Source of the DNA: Styela clava
Lineage: Eukaryota
Assembly (NCBI RefSeq): GCF_964204865.1
Contig: NC_135260.1
Span: forward strand, 20,274,001 to 20,338,000
Length of the DNA stretch: 64,000 bases
Reading direction: 5' to 3'
Positions 25,498-39,490 of the stretch are shown one piece after another. Position 1 is the stretch's first letter. Each line of letters starts with the position of its first letter. The position numbers and the translations under genes were made by a program. The notes beneath the pieces are model-generated. The model made no database searches. It had not been told where the DNA came from and saw only the letters and a program-made list of their open reading frames with translations.

Positions 25498-28400
25498 CTT
25501 TGATTTATAGAGATGCAATCGGCAAACACCAAAGAATATTCAAAAATTCATATTGCAAAACCAGTGCTAAAATAGCAATTTGGCAAGTGAACAATTAATG
25601 GTCATACAATAAGGGGAGTCATACACTAAACATCCCCTGTTCTCCGAATATAAAAGGTCACGATATACATTTGCTTCCTGGTGTAATAAAGAATTCAAGC
25701 TGACGGGGGCACCAGTTGCGTAACCAAGAATTTTCAAAGAGGGAGGGGGGTCTGAAATTGTTTAAAATCGTATCAGCTGGTGGGTCAAGCAGGCTACGCC
25801 ACTGGGCGACGCACGTTATTCTGAATATCAAACAGATACGATCAAAATCTCGAGAATGCTGCATCGGTCATTTTTTTTCAATTGTAGACATTGGGAATGG
25901 AAGTTAAACTGTGCCGTAAATTATACCCGTGAAAATAGATGAAAACAACATTCAACTAAAGATTAAGCGACTATAAATAGAAATTATAAGCAACCTTTTC
26001 TATTGTTTCTGTTTTTGGTTGTCTCTTCTTGTAATTCTGCAGGATGCTTGATGTCCCTAACTTTATGGTCAATATGGTCTTACGTTATACCCCGATTTAA
26101 GAGAGTTTCAGAAACCACCATTGGTATTAGTAGTTTTTTTCTTAATTTGTGTAATTTTCGTCACCAAGTGCAATTTTTATTTTAAGCTTCTATAAATAGA
26201 TTTTTTCGTCAAAATTCATCAGAATTTACTTATACTTTCAATTTATTTTAATGCTAAATGTAATACAACAATGACTGCAATAATGAAATGTACGATCCAG
26301 ACGGATTTTCCAGACGATAAAATCGTTTGAAACTGAATAATATAGAAACTGACAAAAGTGAAATCCTCACTTTCTCCAAAATTGTGACTGTTTCAAATAT
26401 ACATTTTGCTAATGGATAGTAACTGGGTTGATAGGTAACTAATATTTACAGTTAGTCCATCTTGGTAATAGCTTGCGGTAATAAACTCCAACACGTAGTA
26501 TATGTATTTATTCCATATCGATTGATTCCTACTTACAAATCCTGTCAGCATTTTGCACCTGATCTTATTTAATTAAGGTTAACGCAAGACACTGGTGTTT
26601 AGGTAGTTCATAAATTAGGCAAATGCGTACTTTAGTATTAACTACCCTGAATTTTGCCCTCAGCCGTTGTTTTAACTAATTGCTTTGGCAGTGTTCATAA
26701 AAATAAGTTTCTGTCTTCATGAAATGCTGATACAGAAAACAGTTGCAATTAAGAAGATACGTGTATATGATATACGATATGTAACCTTTGTAAATTCACC
26801 GATTTAGTATATAATAAAAATTAGACGTCACTTATGAATGAATGAAATTTTCGAATAGATGTTCACGTAAAAATAAGTGTGAACTATTGTGGAATGTCTG
26901 ATAAAATTGAATAATATTTTAAATTACGAAGATCGTTGATTGAATTTTTATTAAAAAATAATTTTTTCAGAGGTTGTCGTTGAACACTATCAAAATTAAA
27001 TTTGTGTGCAGGATACACAAACTGCTTTGGTTAAAGGAAATGGCATATTTATGATAAAGTACGTCATTTACAAATTTGTCAACTAGAGTTTGTAAAATAA
27101 CAAATGTGATGATGTGCCCGAATGCATCTTAATGTCAGAGAAACACAACGGAAGCATCGGCTTACCACATCCATACCGATATGACGTCCATATAGTGTTG
27201 CGGTATACATCGATTTGAATCGGAAGTTTTAGAAACCAACATTGTTATTACTAAATCGTTTCGTAAGTTGAATAATTTTATTCAATCAGGTGAGTTCATG
27301 TGCGAGAGCGCCTATTTTAATCTCTCGTAAATAGATTTTTTGATGTCACAATTCACCAGAATCTGCGCCATCTGTAATATGTATTTATATGTATGTATAT
27401 ATAATACCTGGTCCAGACGGATTTTTATCTTTTACAAGCGCAAAAAACTGAATAAGATAAACGAAAATCTTCGATTATTGTTGTGAATGTTCCCAATATA
27501 CATTTTGATACTGAATTGTAACTGTTGGTAAAGTCACTATTGCGTACATATTACATAGTATTTGGTAAACCGAGGCTGCAATGAAATGACAAAAATTCAT
27601 AAAATTTGTCAATGGATTGGTCTAATAAACCAGCACATAACCCATTTGGTTCATACTTCCCCACACTGCCAGTATTTTTCAATTGATCTTATATAATTAG
27701 GGTTAAAGTAAAAGACTTGGGATCAGGTAGTTTATGAATTAGCCAAATGGTTATTTTAGTACTCAACACTCTGAATTTTATTCTTCCGTGATTAATGAAA
27801 ATTGAAGTTGTATGTTGTTTTAGCTAATCCCTTTTACATCACTGAAACCTTCATGAAAACAGCTTGGTGAGTTCTTGTAACCTTGTTCTAAGCAAGAATA
27901 TATTTTATTTTAATAATGGCGTTTATCACTTTACATAACACGCATGACGTCGCATACTTTACTGTTTCGAGTGCGTTGATTTTGTCCTACAATGCAAATT
28001 AAGTTTTAATTTGGAGTTATTCTGAATTTATTTTATTTAAATTTGGGTACAAATGGTCGCAATCATAGCGATACGTATATGTTGCACGATACATAACATT
28101 GTAAGTTTACAGCTTCATTATACAATGAAAATTACACTTTGATTAGGATTGAAATAACTTTTAAATGAATGATCATATAAAATGAGTGTGAAGCATGGTG
28201 GAATATTGAGTGGAAGTGTTTTAAAGTAAAAGACTTCTAAAACTTGATTTTTATTTTGAACTGCAAAGATAATTTATCGGATTTTTATTAGAAAGAAGAA
28301 ACTTTTAGGAAGTTATCGTCGAACACTATTGAAATTGGATTAGTCTGTAGAATACACAAACGGCTTCGGTTATATCCAATGGGATATTTATGATAAAGTA

Positions 28401-28661
28401 CGCTATTTACAAATCTGTTAAATAGATTTTATAGAATAAAAAATGTAATGATGTGCCTGAATGCATCTTATTGTTAGAGAAACACAACGGAAGCATCGGC
28501 TAAATACCTACATTCCGATATGACGTCCATGTGCAAGCGAGTCTATTTTAATCTCTTATAAATAGATATTTTAAATGTCCTAATCCACCAAAATGTTCCT
28601 CATATGTTTATATGTATTGCTGTACGTATAATTCATTTACATGCAAGTTGTAATGTAACAA

Positions 28662-28936
28662 CAAGTAAACGAGAATATCGGTCGGAGACCGAAGACTCAT
28701 CGATCGAAAGTTAGGGGATCCCCCAATACAGAAACTGCGGTTTCTATAATATAACTATAACTCTATAATTATACGACATAATTCATCCAAAATCAATAGG
28801 CTTCTGGTCTGAGATATGATAAATGCACATGTAATTCAACCTCGCTTTCGTGAGATATCGCGTGTATCTAACAGACAGACAAACAAACAGACAAATACCT
28901 ATCAACATACTTACCGATCTTAAGATCGATAAGTAA
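28662..28936 (+). mobile_element. DINE-1/HINE-like non-autonomous element (related pieces at about 7065-7235 and 62315-62480)
   Basis: Absent from paralogous units 1 and 2 (TAACAA|TGAC); internal (ACAG/ACAA)n microsatellite; 3' hairpin ACTTACCGATCTTAAGATCGATAAGT; no TSD. Confidence 0.65.
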
Positions 28937-30149
28937 TGACTTAAAATTCATACTTGGCTCAGATGGATTTTTATTTTTTTTAAATTCAGGAAACCGAATA
29001 AAACAAACGGAAATCTTCTATTTAACCAATGTTGTGAATGTTTCTGATATATAACTTGATACCGCAGCTGTTGGTAAAGTTGCTATTACGTAGATATTTG
29101 CAATATTTGGAAAATCGAGGTTTAAATAAAAAGACAAAATTTCATCAAATTATGCGATTTTGTTAATGGTTTGGTCTAATAATCCAGTACTTGACTCATT
29201 TTGTTTATACTTCACCATGATATCAGTATTTTGCACCTGATCTCATTTAGTTAATTTGTGCAGTTTAGTAATTAGATAAATGGGTAATTTAATACTTGTT
29301 ACTCTGAATTTTATGCCTATGTGATGAATGAATGTTTGTGTTTTAGATTTTAGTCAGTTCTTGCGACCTTATTCTAAGCAAGAATGTTTTTTAATTCTGG
29401 TAATGACGTTTACTTCTTCATACAACACGCATGACAACACCTTACTGTTTCGAGTGCGTTTGTTCTGTTGTCAGGTTTTAATTCGGTTCTGTTCGGAAAA
29501 TCATTTTAGGTAAATTTTGATACAGAAAACAGTCACATTAACACAATACGTAAAAGTTGTTAAGTTATATGCATATATAGCCAACTCAATATACAAATAC
29601 TGTACAGCCATTACGGTGATGTACGTATACTGCCAGATCATTACATAGGAATACAGTTTATATATATGCGATTGCATCTACGAATTATATGCACATTACG
29701 GTTGGCCATGTAATTAACGCATTAAAAAGCATAAAAAACTTGAAAGCTAGTGATCGATACGGTATTAGCATTGATTGTGCGAAAAAAGACAAAAAACTAC
29801 CAGTTTTCGTAGTACATGATATAATAGGTAGGATACCAATCTATAATATCATAATACCCACAACAGCTGGTTGTTGATAACACGAGAAATGCGCTGGCTG
29901 AAAATCCTTTTGCAGTGAACTGCTACTGGCAATAAACTGTCTACAAACTAATCAAATTAACGCATGGTAGAAAATATAAAACTGCCGGTGCGCGTAGTTC
30001 TTGATAAATAAACAATTGGCGCCAATCTATGATGTCATAATACCCCACAACAGCTGACCGTTGATAACACGAAAAATGTGCTGGTTGAAAATCTCTCTTC
30101 AGTCCCACTGATTTGGTGGGTGCATTCAAACACATCCTGGTACACAATG

Positions 30150-31500
30150 GGGCCTTCTATTAAATTCAACGAAATATATCGTTACAAAATTAGCAACGAG
30201 TCAGCATCACCATCTAACGAACTGTGAGACTTCAAATTTAGAGATTTAAAAATTTTGAAATTAATGTTCAACTGAAATATGTTAGATCTTCTTCCAAAAA
30301 TATCTTTAACATAAAACTGCCTTGGAGACATGTGTATCTAAGGAGTCATTGTATAATTACTCTTGAATATTTTAGATTCTTATGATTAATTCTGGAATAC
30401 ATTTATTGTTTACTTTTAGTTTGTGCCTAATTTTAACCGAAACTGAGTTCTGTAACTTTCGTTCTCGATAATAACAATTATTTGTTATTAAGGCCATAAA
30501 CATCAAATACGGGTTTTGATCGAAAATGTTCACTGTGTTCAATAAAACAACAAAATAACATGTAAAATGTCCAATTTCGACCAAAAGCAAATAACTTACT
30601 CTCTTGAATACTCTGTGAAAAAATATTTTTGAATCTAGAATATATTTTGAATTGGGCCATGGACCGTAAGAAAGCCTAATATAACACCAAACATAACGAA
30701 TTTCTAGGCCTCGAAGTACTGAATAGATAAATCACTATCGTGTTGTGCGGAATGAGCATGTCCCATCGAACCCCGGTCCCATTGTTCCCCACAACCGTCA
30801 AGCATTTTCAGACTGCTCCATGTCAGAATTAAAAAGGTACATCAACTCGGCAATCGCTAATAATATTTCACAGTGGACTAAAGATAAAATATGTCAAACA
30901 GTCGTTTGTCCTGCAAAAAAAGAAAAGACTGAGATGACGGAATTTTTGTTTAAACCCCCTAAAACCAATATCATTTCATATCTTGCGTTGCTCTACACGG
31001 CCTCTGTCCACATGTGGAAACGTCGCAACTCACCGAAAGGCGGATTTAAACTTCAAAACGTATGACTGATTATGGATATAGTATGAGCACGGGAGATGAT
31101 TTTCCACTGTGCTCCATGTCCCACCTTCCTCTATTGGATATTGGCAATGACTTACCACAAATTTATCAAATTGAAGTTTGTTTGATTTAAACAATTTCAT
31201 CTCTCCTACATCTACGGAATCACAATAATCCTCTCGTACGTATTATTTCTTTTAATTTCAGATGTGAAAAATCAAAAATTGAGATTGAACATCGGTGTAA
31301 TATATTTAAAAAACTTATGCCACATTTTTTAAGCAATAGTTAGAATAAGTTCAAACCAGATACCAATTTTTCATTGGATTAGAAATAACTGGAACTGAAT
31401 GAGAAATTACTTAAAATGGCCCGACCAGTAATTCATGAATATGAAACATCAATGCTAAAATATATTGGCAACAAGATCACGTATTAGGCCTTAGCTGACC
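30150..31500 (+). pseudogene. Probable decayed Toll-like receptor (LRR - LRRCT - TM - TIR remnants)
   Basis: Ordered peptides: DLKILKLMFN*NMLDLLP (30231-30296); FSDCSMSELKRYI...C....CP; IISYLALLYTASVHMWKRR; GYSMSTGDDFP (31074); ILAMTYHKFIKLKFV*FKQFHLSY...VLFLLISDV; RNYLKWPD (31402-31425); YW-NKI..AL. Confidence 0.5.
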
Positions 31501-32282
31501 ACTGGATTTGTTAATAGAAGATCGACGGACATGCGTGATAAAATGACCCATTCTCTTGCATCTTATAAAAGTGTACTTTTGAATTAAATACGACATTAGC
31601 ATTTAGATAAAATATCTGGCCCTACATGGGTCTTAAATACAATTTGGTATAATGAAGGTTTTACTAAGCTCTCATGTCTCATAAGGCTTACTCAACTTGG
31701 TTTTCGGTTTCTCTATCATTTTGTTTTCATATATTTTTTGAAGGTGTGTGGCATGCCTATGTGGAGTTTTTGCAACACAAAAATTTGAGAACCATTGATT
31801 CACGACATCTAAATTTCCATGTTTTTAGTTGCAAGAATTGGTGTATATAAAACCTATTTCAGCATTATCACCGTGTTATTCTCATGTTAATGTTATTTTC
31901 CACATTTTTCTGTTACAATGGTCTTTGCGCATGAAAAGTGACATTTTCAGTTGAATCGTTTTTATTTTATTTAACAAACTGATAGCTTGACATTAATTTC
32001 TTAATTCAATTTCTTTCTTAACCACGTGCACTGGCAACTCTATGTCGTAATATACGCAAGCAACATATAGATGCTTATCACTGAATGATGCTCATGATGC
32101 GATACTTTCATGATTTATCGATATGTAACGTGAGTAATGAGTTTGAGTGAGTTTGCACAAAACTTCAACCTGATTGGTTTGTCGACAGTTACAGCCAATG
32201 GCCAAGGAATAGTTCACTGAAAACAGATTTTCAATGTCGTCTTTGGCAGCAACACATTCCTCATGTTATCACAATCAGCTGT

Positions 32283-32889
32283 TGTCGGCAGTCCGTGTGG
32301 TCCTAAAGTTTAGTTTAGTTAGGATTCCTTCAGTTGTACATCGTCATCGTGATGATTATCGCTATCTCGTCGTCGTCATCATCACTGTGTTGTTTTCTCG
32401 TATTCGACGTGTCGCATTTTTCTCTTTCACGTGTTATCGTGTTACGTATTTATTTTATTATCGTCCCCTAAGCTCAGCAAGATGTTTAAGATTGCATTTC
32501 TGGTGGTAGCAGTTTAGGATTTCATTTCTTGTTATGGCAGTTTAAGATTACATCGCCTTTATAACGTTGAAGTTTGAATTCATTCAATAGTCTTCTTTTA
32601 TACCGTATTTCGAATCGTTCGATATAACATTATGATATTTGCATGTCTACAGCTCGTATGGTATTGCATTTATAGTTACTGTTTTACCTTGGTTGTATAT
32701 CTGTCGTTTTGGGACTATGCTGTTATATGGAGTTGTTTTGTGTAAGTATTAGTTTTGTATTCTGTATCATTTGTCTTTGATTTATTTGGTGCTAATTATT
32801 TAATTTGTATTTTAGTCAACCGTTTTGAATACTTTCAATAAAACGAGTCTGGCAAATCGACTTATCATTTCCGGGTCCCAAAAGTGACA
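32283..32889 (+). repeat. 5' LTR of BEL/Pao element (607 bp)
   Basis: Direct repeat of 38885-39490; I see 3 substitutions and 1 indel. Confidence 0.97.
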
Positions 32890-32917
32890 AAGTTGAACAA
32901 AACTCCTTGCGACGACG

Positions 32918-35900
32918 ATGAACGAAGCAGATGAATCAATTACACAAGATTTGAATAGACGAGAAGCTTCTTCTTCGCCTGCAGTTCCTCTCGCGGAAAC
33001 AGACGACGGTAACTCTGAAACTATTGGACGCAATGTATTATGCCACGAAAGAGTCCGACTACAAAATGAACTAAATGGTTTGTGCGACAGAATTTCAAAA
33101 TCGATTACTGAAAATGCTCAAAATTCTATCGTTACTGATCTTAAAATTAAACTTCATGTTAAACGAATTGCTTATGACCAAGTGATGGATAAACTCATTC
33201 CGACTACCCGTAATCCAAATGTTTTGAAGAAATATGAAACTGGAAGGCAAATGATGTTATCGAAAATCGATCAAATTGAAAGCAGAATTAATTCTTACCT
33301 TGACGAGGAGATCGTTTCTGATCACGGGTCTGTCGAATCCAATACAAGCAAATGCAGTGTTGAATCACTGAAGCGATTGCAACTTGAGCAAGAACGAGAG
33401 GTAGAAAGAGCCGATTCTCTTGTACGTATGGCTAAACGAGACTTTCTCACAGAAGAAGATACCATTCGCAATAAAATATCAGCACTAGAGCGTCGCCTTG
33501 ATACCAAACGTCGAGACATAAACGAAAAAGAACGAATGGCAGATCTAACACGTCGCCAAGCTGACTAACTTATGCGTGAAATTGAACAAGAAAAGACTGA
33601 ATTGGCTACCAAAAAGATGCCTAAAGATAACTTCCGTGGCGTCAATATTGAATATCCGTTAGAGTCAACACGCAGACGAAGTGCAGCGAACTTTTTTGTT
33701 CCGACGAAGAGTCAAGTGGCAACAAATTCAGAAAAGACCAAAGAATTGCACTTCCCGACAGCACGAACTTACAAACGCCCGTCTCCTTCAAACAGAATGC
33801 TCATACCACAAGAAGCAGTCGACGCGTGGATTAACCACTTGGAACCTAACCAGTCTGGTAAATTTTCTGTTAATTCTTTTAATATGTCAGTAGAGGAACA
33901 AACTATGTTATCATTACAGTTGAATTCTAGAATATTGTCCCAGCACCATTTATCGCCGATTACGATTCCTAGTTTTAGCGGAACGCCCCTAGAATAGCCA
34001 AACTTTATTGAGTTATTTTTTGATAATGTACACAGTTCTCTTGACGACGACGGTTCGCGTATGGTTCGCTTAGTCGCGTCTTTGACGGGGGTGGCTAAAC
34101 GACATGTCGATGGCTTAGGCACGGTGGGAAGTAATTATATTGTCGCGTTGAGTGAATTGAAACATATATTCGGCCAACGGGTGACGATTGCTCGGGCCTT
34201 TCTCGAGAAGGTTGTAGATGGTAGACGAGTAACAGAATTCAGTATCCGAAAAATATCCGATTTTCATTCTGAAGTTCGCGACATTGTGATAAATTTGAAG
34301 AAAATGCGATTGCTTGCAGATTTGTATAGTATTGAAAATGTTAGAAAGACAGCAATGCGAATTCCGGCAGAACTGACCTCGAGTTGGAATAAGTTTGTGA
34401 CTGATATGATTCGTGCCGACGAAATGCCGAGTTTACTGGACTTCGAGCAGTGGTTGTGGGAACGATGCGAGGAATTAGGAAATCCTTTTTCACCAAATCT
34501 TTTCAGTACTAAAATAGATCGTGACGATCGCAGACAGGCATTTCCTAAGAAGAATGTGGTATACCCTTTATCGGGTCATTCAAATCAGCCGCTCGAACAA
34601 CCGCGAATGCAATGTTTCTATCGCAATGGTTTTCATTCTTTAAGTAACTGCGATAGCTTCAGGTTTAGTGCCAATGACACGAAAAGAAGATTTCTACTAA
34701 ATTCACGCCTGTGCTTTAACTGTCTCGAACCTGGACATTTAGCTATTTCGTGCCGGTTCCGCAATATGTGTCGTGTTTGTCCCGGTAAGCATCATTCAGC
34801 CATCCATGGTTTGAGAGTCGTTCCTAATAGATTGAGTGATAACAATCAGCCTGATCTCCCTCCTCATATGAGCGGCGTTGCCAATTCTCATGTTTCAGGC
34901 TTTAATGGTGTTCAGTTTCAGCTTTTGCCAGTCGTAGTAAAAGGCCCATTGGGATCCTCTGAATATGCTATCGCTGTTCTAGATTCTGCCAGTCAAATCT
35001 CAATAATACATCCCAAATTAAAACAAAAACTTGGTTTGAAAGGAAGTCCTAGGTGTCTAACCATTAACACCTTATGCAATAAGGGCGTTTCGCAAAATAC
35101 GGAGGTGGTGAAATTGTCGATGCGATCTGCTCACGACGAGAGTGGTCAAATTCTGATGTTAAGCAACGTGTTTGTGGTCGAGTCACGCATACCACATCCA
35201 GCTAGAATCCTTAAGAACGATCACAATATGACTCACCTGCAGGATATTCCGTTAACCGACATTGAAGCGAACAAAGCCATGATTTTAATCGGAGCCGATA
35301 ATCCCTTGGCGCATTTCCAGCTTGAACGTAGAGTCGGCCAGCAACATGAACCAGTGGGTATTAAAACTCCTCTCGGTTGGACTTTGATCGGGTCTTCAGG
35401 CGCGACTAATGAAGATGAAACTGTTTCAAATATGCTGTGTTGTGATTTGCGTGACCAGTATAACATGCTGCAAGAACAAGTTGAGCGATTTTGGTCCACT
35501 GAAGCTGTAGGCACGGCGTACAATTTGACCCGTAGCGAGTCGATTGAAGATAGACAAACTGATAATTTGATGGAAAGAAAAATTAGATTTATCGACGGTC
35601 ATTACGAGGTTGGGTTTATGTGGAGAAATGAAAATTGCGAAATGCCGCAAAACGAACACGTAGCGCTTAACAGGTTCGAAAATCTCAGAAAACGACTCCA
35701 AGGAAACGAACGTTTGCGAAACTTATATTGTAAAGAAATGGCAAAGAATATTGAAAGGGGTTGGGTGCGTAAGCTAACTTCAGATGAAAAGGCGTTTCGC
35801 GGTCCTCGAACTTGGTTTCTGCCTCATCATGGCGTTGAAAATCCCAACAAGCCAAATAAACTAAGAATTGTTTTTGACGCGGCATCTACTTGCTGCGGCC

Positions 35901-38856
35901 GTCAGTCTGAACAGTCGATTGATGTCCGGGCGCGATTTGATCAATAATCTAGTCGGGGTGCTTTTACGTTTTCGGGAGAGACCAATCGCTATAAGCGCCG
36001 ATATAGAAGCCATGTTTCATATGATTCGATTGCCGGAAGATGATACGGATTCTGCACGTTTTCTCTGGTCGGAAGACCTTTTTTCAACCAAACGGCCAGA
36101 TGTGTATAAATTCTTAGTTCGTATTTTTGGAGCTGTGGATTCACCTTATGTCGCAAACTTTTGTTTGAAGAGAGCTGCGTACGATAGTAGAAACAAGTTT
36201 CCTAGAGACGTAATATTAACTACCGATAGAGACTTTTATGTCGATGATTTACTTACTTCGAAATGGAATGTTGATTCCGCGGTATCGACAGCTAAAGATA
36301 TGATTAAGATGTTACACGATAAAGGATTCAACTTGACCAAGTGGGTTTCGAATTCTAAATCGGTTTTACGTGAAATATCCAGTGGACGTGTCGTCACTAA
36401 TGTTGACTTAGATCTGGACAGATTACCTGTTAGAAAAGCTCTGGGCTTGCATTGGGACATCGAGAAGGATTGCTTTATATTCGACCACCAGAAATTTACT
36501 GATTTTACCACGAAAAGAAAGGCCCTTAGTGTAACCAGTTCAATATTCGATCCATTAGGATTTGTAGCACCAATCATTTTGTATGCCAAATTATTACTGC
36601 GGGAATGTTGGCGTGACAACTTAGCTTGGGACGAAGTATTTGATAATAAGAGATTGAAGTGTTGGGAAAATTGGATAAATTCGCTGAAATGTTTAAAGAG
36701 TTTTTCGATTCCACGTCAATTTAAAGGTGTTAAATGTGAAAGTTCCTCGTATGAAATTCATATATTCTGTGATGCATCAGAAGTGGCATATGGCGCGGTA
36801 GCATACATAATATCGAAGCATTCCCGGGAGAATTTTCAGTGTAGTCTTATCGCGGCTAAAGCAAGAGTCGCACCTATGAAAGGTATGACCGTGCCTCGTT
36901 TAGAATTGCAAGGTGCTCTCTTGGCCGTGCGATTGTTAAATTTTCTCCGAAAAGAACTATCCCTTCCACTAGGCGACGTACATATGTGGTCCGACTCGAC
37001 TTGTGTATTGAGATATTTAAAAAATAAAACTCGAAGATTTAAAACATTTGTAGCCAATCGCGTTCGCGAAATACTCGATCACACTCGGCCACACCAATGG
37101 AAGTACGTCGACTCCGCACAGAATCCCGCTGATTACTGCACTAGGGGAATGACGGTTTCCAAATTTCTAGAAAATTCTGATCGATGGCTACATGGACCAG
37201 AGTTTTTGCTCATGCCCGAAAGTGATTGGCCAAGCCAGATAGCGTTACGTGCAGTTGACGACCACGACCAAGAGATTAAATATCAAACATGCATACTAGC
37301 AGATTGTTTTATAACTACGGATAACAGCGATGGAGTACTTGATTCGGAAATCGAAAAGGTCGTCGATGTCGAACGTTTTGATTCGTGGTTTTCCTTATGC
37401 AAACGAACTGCCGTGGTTTTGTTGGCAGCTCGGTATTTTAAGAATCTTTCTGTGAAATGTCCGACGTATAGCCCGCTGCCAGCTCAACTTGTGACTCCTA
37501 AACAGTTGGAACTCGCGGGCCGGTATTGGATAGTTTCTGCTCAAAACAAGCATTTCCGCGTGGAGCGCAAATGCATAACTAACCGAGAAGATTTATCATC
37601 AAAATCAACGTTACTTAATCTGACGCCATTTTTCGATGGACAAGTGATCCGCGTCGGGGGCCGTCTTGAAAATGCCAATATCCCACTGCGTTCGAAACAT
37701 CCTATTATACTGCCGTATTTAAGTTTGAAATGTGATTCGAACTGCCCATGTCGAATTTCATGGTTGATAATGAAAGCTGCTCATATTCGACTCGCACATG
37801 CCGGTCCAGAGGCCACGCTTAGCGCATTAAGACAGCGCTACTGGCATATAAAAGGGAGAACTTGTCAAACGAATAATTGATAATTGTTGGGAATGTAAAA
37901 GACGCCGAGCAAGTTGCAGAACCCCACTGATGTCGAATCTGCCCAAAGTTCGTGTTACTGAAGCAAGACCGTTCGAAAATGTCGGGCTGGATTTCTTCGG
38001 CCCGATCCAAACAAAGAGAGGCAGGGTTTTAGAGAAACGATGGGGGTGTTTGTTTTGTTGTCTTTCAATGAGAGCTGTACACATTGAGATGGCATGGACT
38101 ATGGATACTGATTCCTTCATATGTGTACTTTTGTCTTTCATTGCGATACGAGGACCTGTATCCCAAATATGGTCGGACAACGGATCAAATATAGTTGGTG
38201 GTTCCCGAGAGCTGAAAACCGTCCTTAACTCGATAGATGAATCTCGCGTGGCAGAACTGTGCTTAAAACACAATATTGAATGGCATTTCACTCCACCTTA
38301 CGCTCCCCATTTTGGTGGCGTTTGGGAAAGATTAGTAAAGTCCGCAAAGCGTGCTTTGAAAGCAGTTCTGGGGAATGTGCGTGTAACCGACGAAGTCTTG
38401 AAGACCGCGTTTGCGAGGGTTACCGACATTATGAATAGTAGACCCATTACAACAGTGAGCGACGAACCAACCGACTTTAGTGCCATTACATCAAATTGTT
38501 TGTTGAAAGGGCATTCGGCCGAAGTGTTTCCACTGGATTCAGACGTGATGAAATTATGCTACAGAAAACGATGGAGGCAAACCGAAGCTATTTGTAATCA
38601 GTTTTGGAGAAGATGGCGAAAAGATTACCTACCGAATTTGATGACACGATGTAAGTGGCGGAAGGAACAACGAAACTTACAAGAAGGAAATCTGGTGCTC
38701 GTTTCTGACCCCGTTGCACCGAGAGGACGTTGGCAACTTGGTCGTGTTATTCAAATTTACCCTGGTTCTGACGGACGAGTCCGAACTGTCGCGGTTAAAA
38801 CTATAAATGGCATACATATTCGACCCGCATCGAAAATCTGCCTCCTAGAAGAATGA
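32918..38856 (+). pseudogene. gag-pol: BEL/Pao gag-pol polyprotein with 2 in-frame stops (33566, 33995) and 2 frameshifts (about 35900, about 37860)
   Basis: FSGTPLE*PNF, CFNCLEPGHLAISC knuckles, LDSAS protease, WFLPHHGV..KLRIVFDA, FYVDD (RT), FCDASEVAYGAVAY (RNase H), GLDFFGP..SDNG..GGVWERLVKS (integrase). Confidence 0.93.
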
Positions 38857-38884
38857 CTTTCTGCGGATAGTCATGGGGTGGCTT

Positions 38885-39490
38885 TGTCGGCAGTCCGTGT
38901 GGTCCTAAAGTTTAGTTTAGTTAGGATTCCTTCAGTTGTACATCGTCATCGTGATGATTATCGCTATCTCGTCGTCGTCATCATTACTGTGTTGTTTTCT
39001 CGTATTCGACGTGTCGCATTTTTCTCTTTCACGTGTTATCGTGTTACGTATTTATTTTATTATCGTCCCCTAAGCTCAGCAAGATGTTTAAGATTGCATT
39101 TCTGGTGGTAGCAGTTTAGGATTTCATTTCTTGTTATGGCAGTTTAAGATTACATCGCCTTTATAACGTTGAAGTTTGAATTCATTCAATAGTCTTCTTT
39201 TATACTGTATTTCGAATCGTTCGATATAACATTATGATATTTGCATGTCTACAGCTCGTATGGTATTGCATTTATAGTTACTGTTTTACCTTGGTTGTAT
39301 ATCTGTCGTTTTGGGACTATGCTGTTATATGGAGTTGTTTTGTGTAAGTATTAGTTTTGTATTCTGTATCATTTGTCTTTGATTTATTTGGTGCAATTAT
39401 TTCATTTGTATTTTAGTCAACCGTTTTGAATACTTTCAATAAAACGAGTCTGGCAAATCGACTTATCATTTCCGGGTCCCAAAAGTGACA
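38885..39490 (+). repeat. 3' LTR of BEL/Pao element (606 bp)
   Basis: Direct repeat of 32283-32889, preceded by short G-rich tract GGGGTGG. Confidence 0.97.

Larger units (their letters stand above)
24980..29560. repeat. Segmental duplicate unit 3
   Basis: Colinear with 1-4060. Confidence 0.85.
32283..39490 (+). mobile_element. Full-length BEL/Pao LTR retrotransposon
   Basis: LTRs 32283-32889 and 38885-39490 (TGTC...GACA); 5-bp TSD GCTGT (32278-32282, 39491-39495); gag-PR-RT-RNaseH-IN order with Pao motifs. Confidence 0.97.

Noticed and set aside
32234-32509. 91-aa and 77-aa (38878-39111) ORFs SAVRVVLKFSLVRIP...
   Set aside because: They lie inside the two LTRs; their identity is explained by LTR duplication and there is no protein signature
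35890-35910. Programmed ribosomal frameshift in the BEL pol
   Set aside because: The shift falls mid-RT with no slippery heptamer; BEL elements normally use one ORF, so this is a mutation
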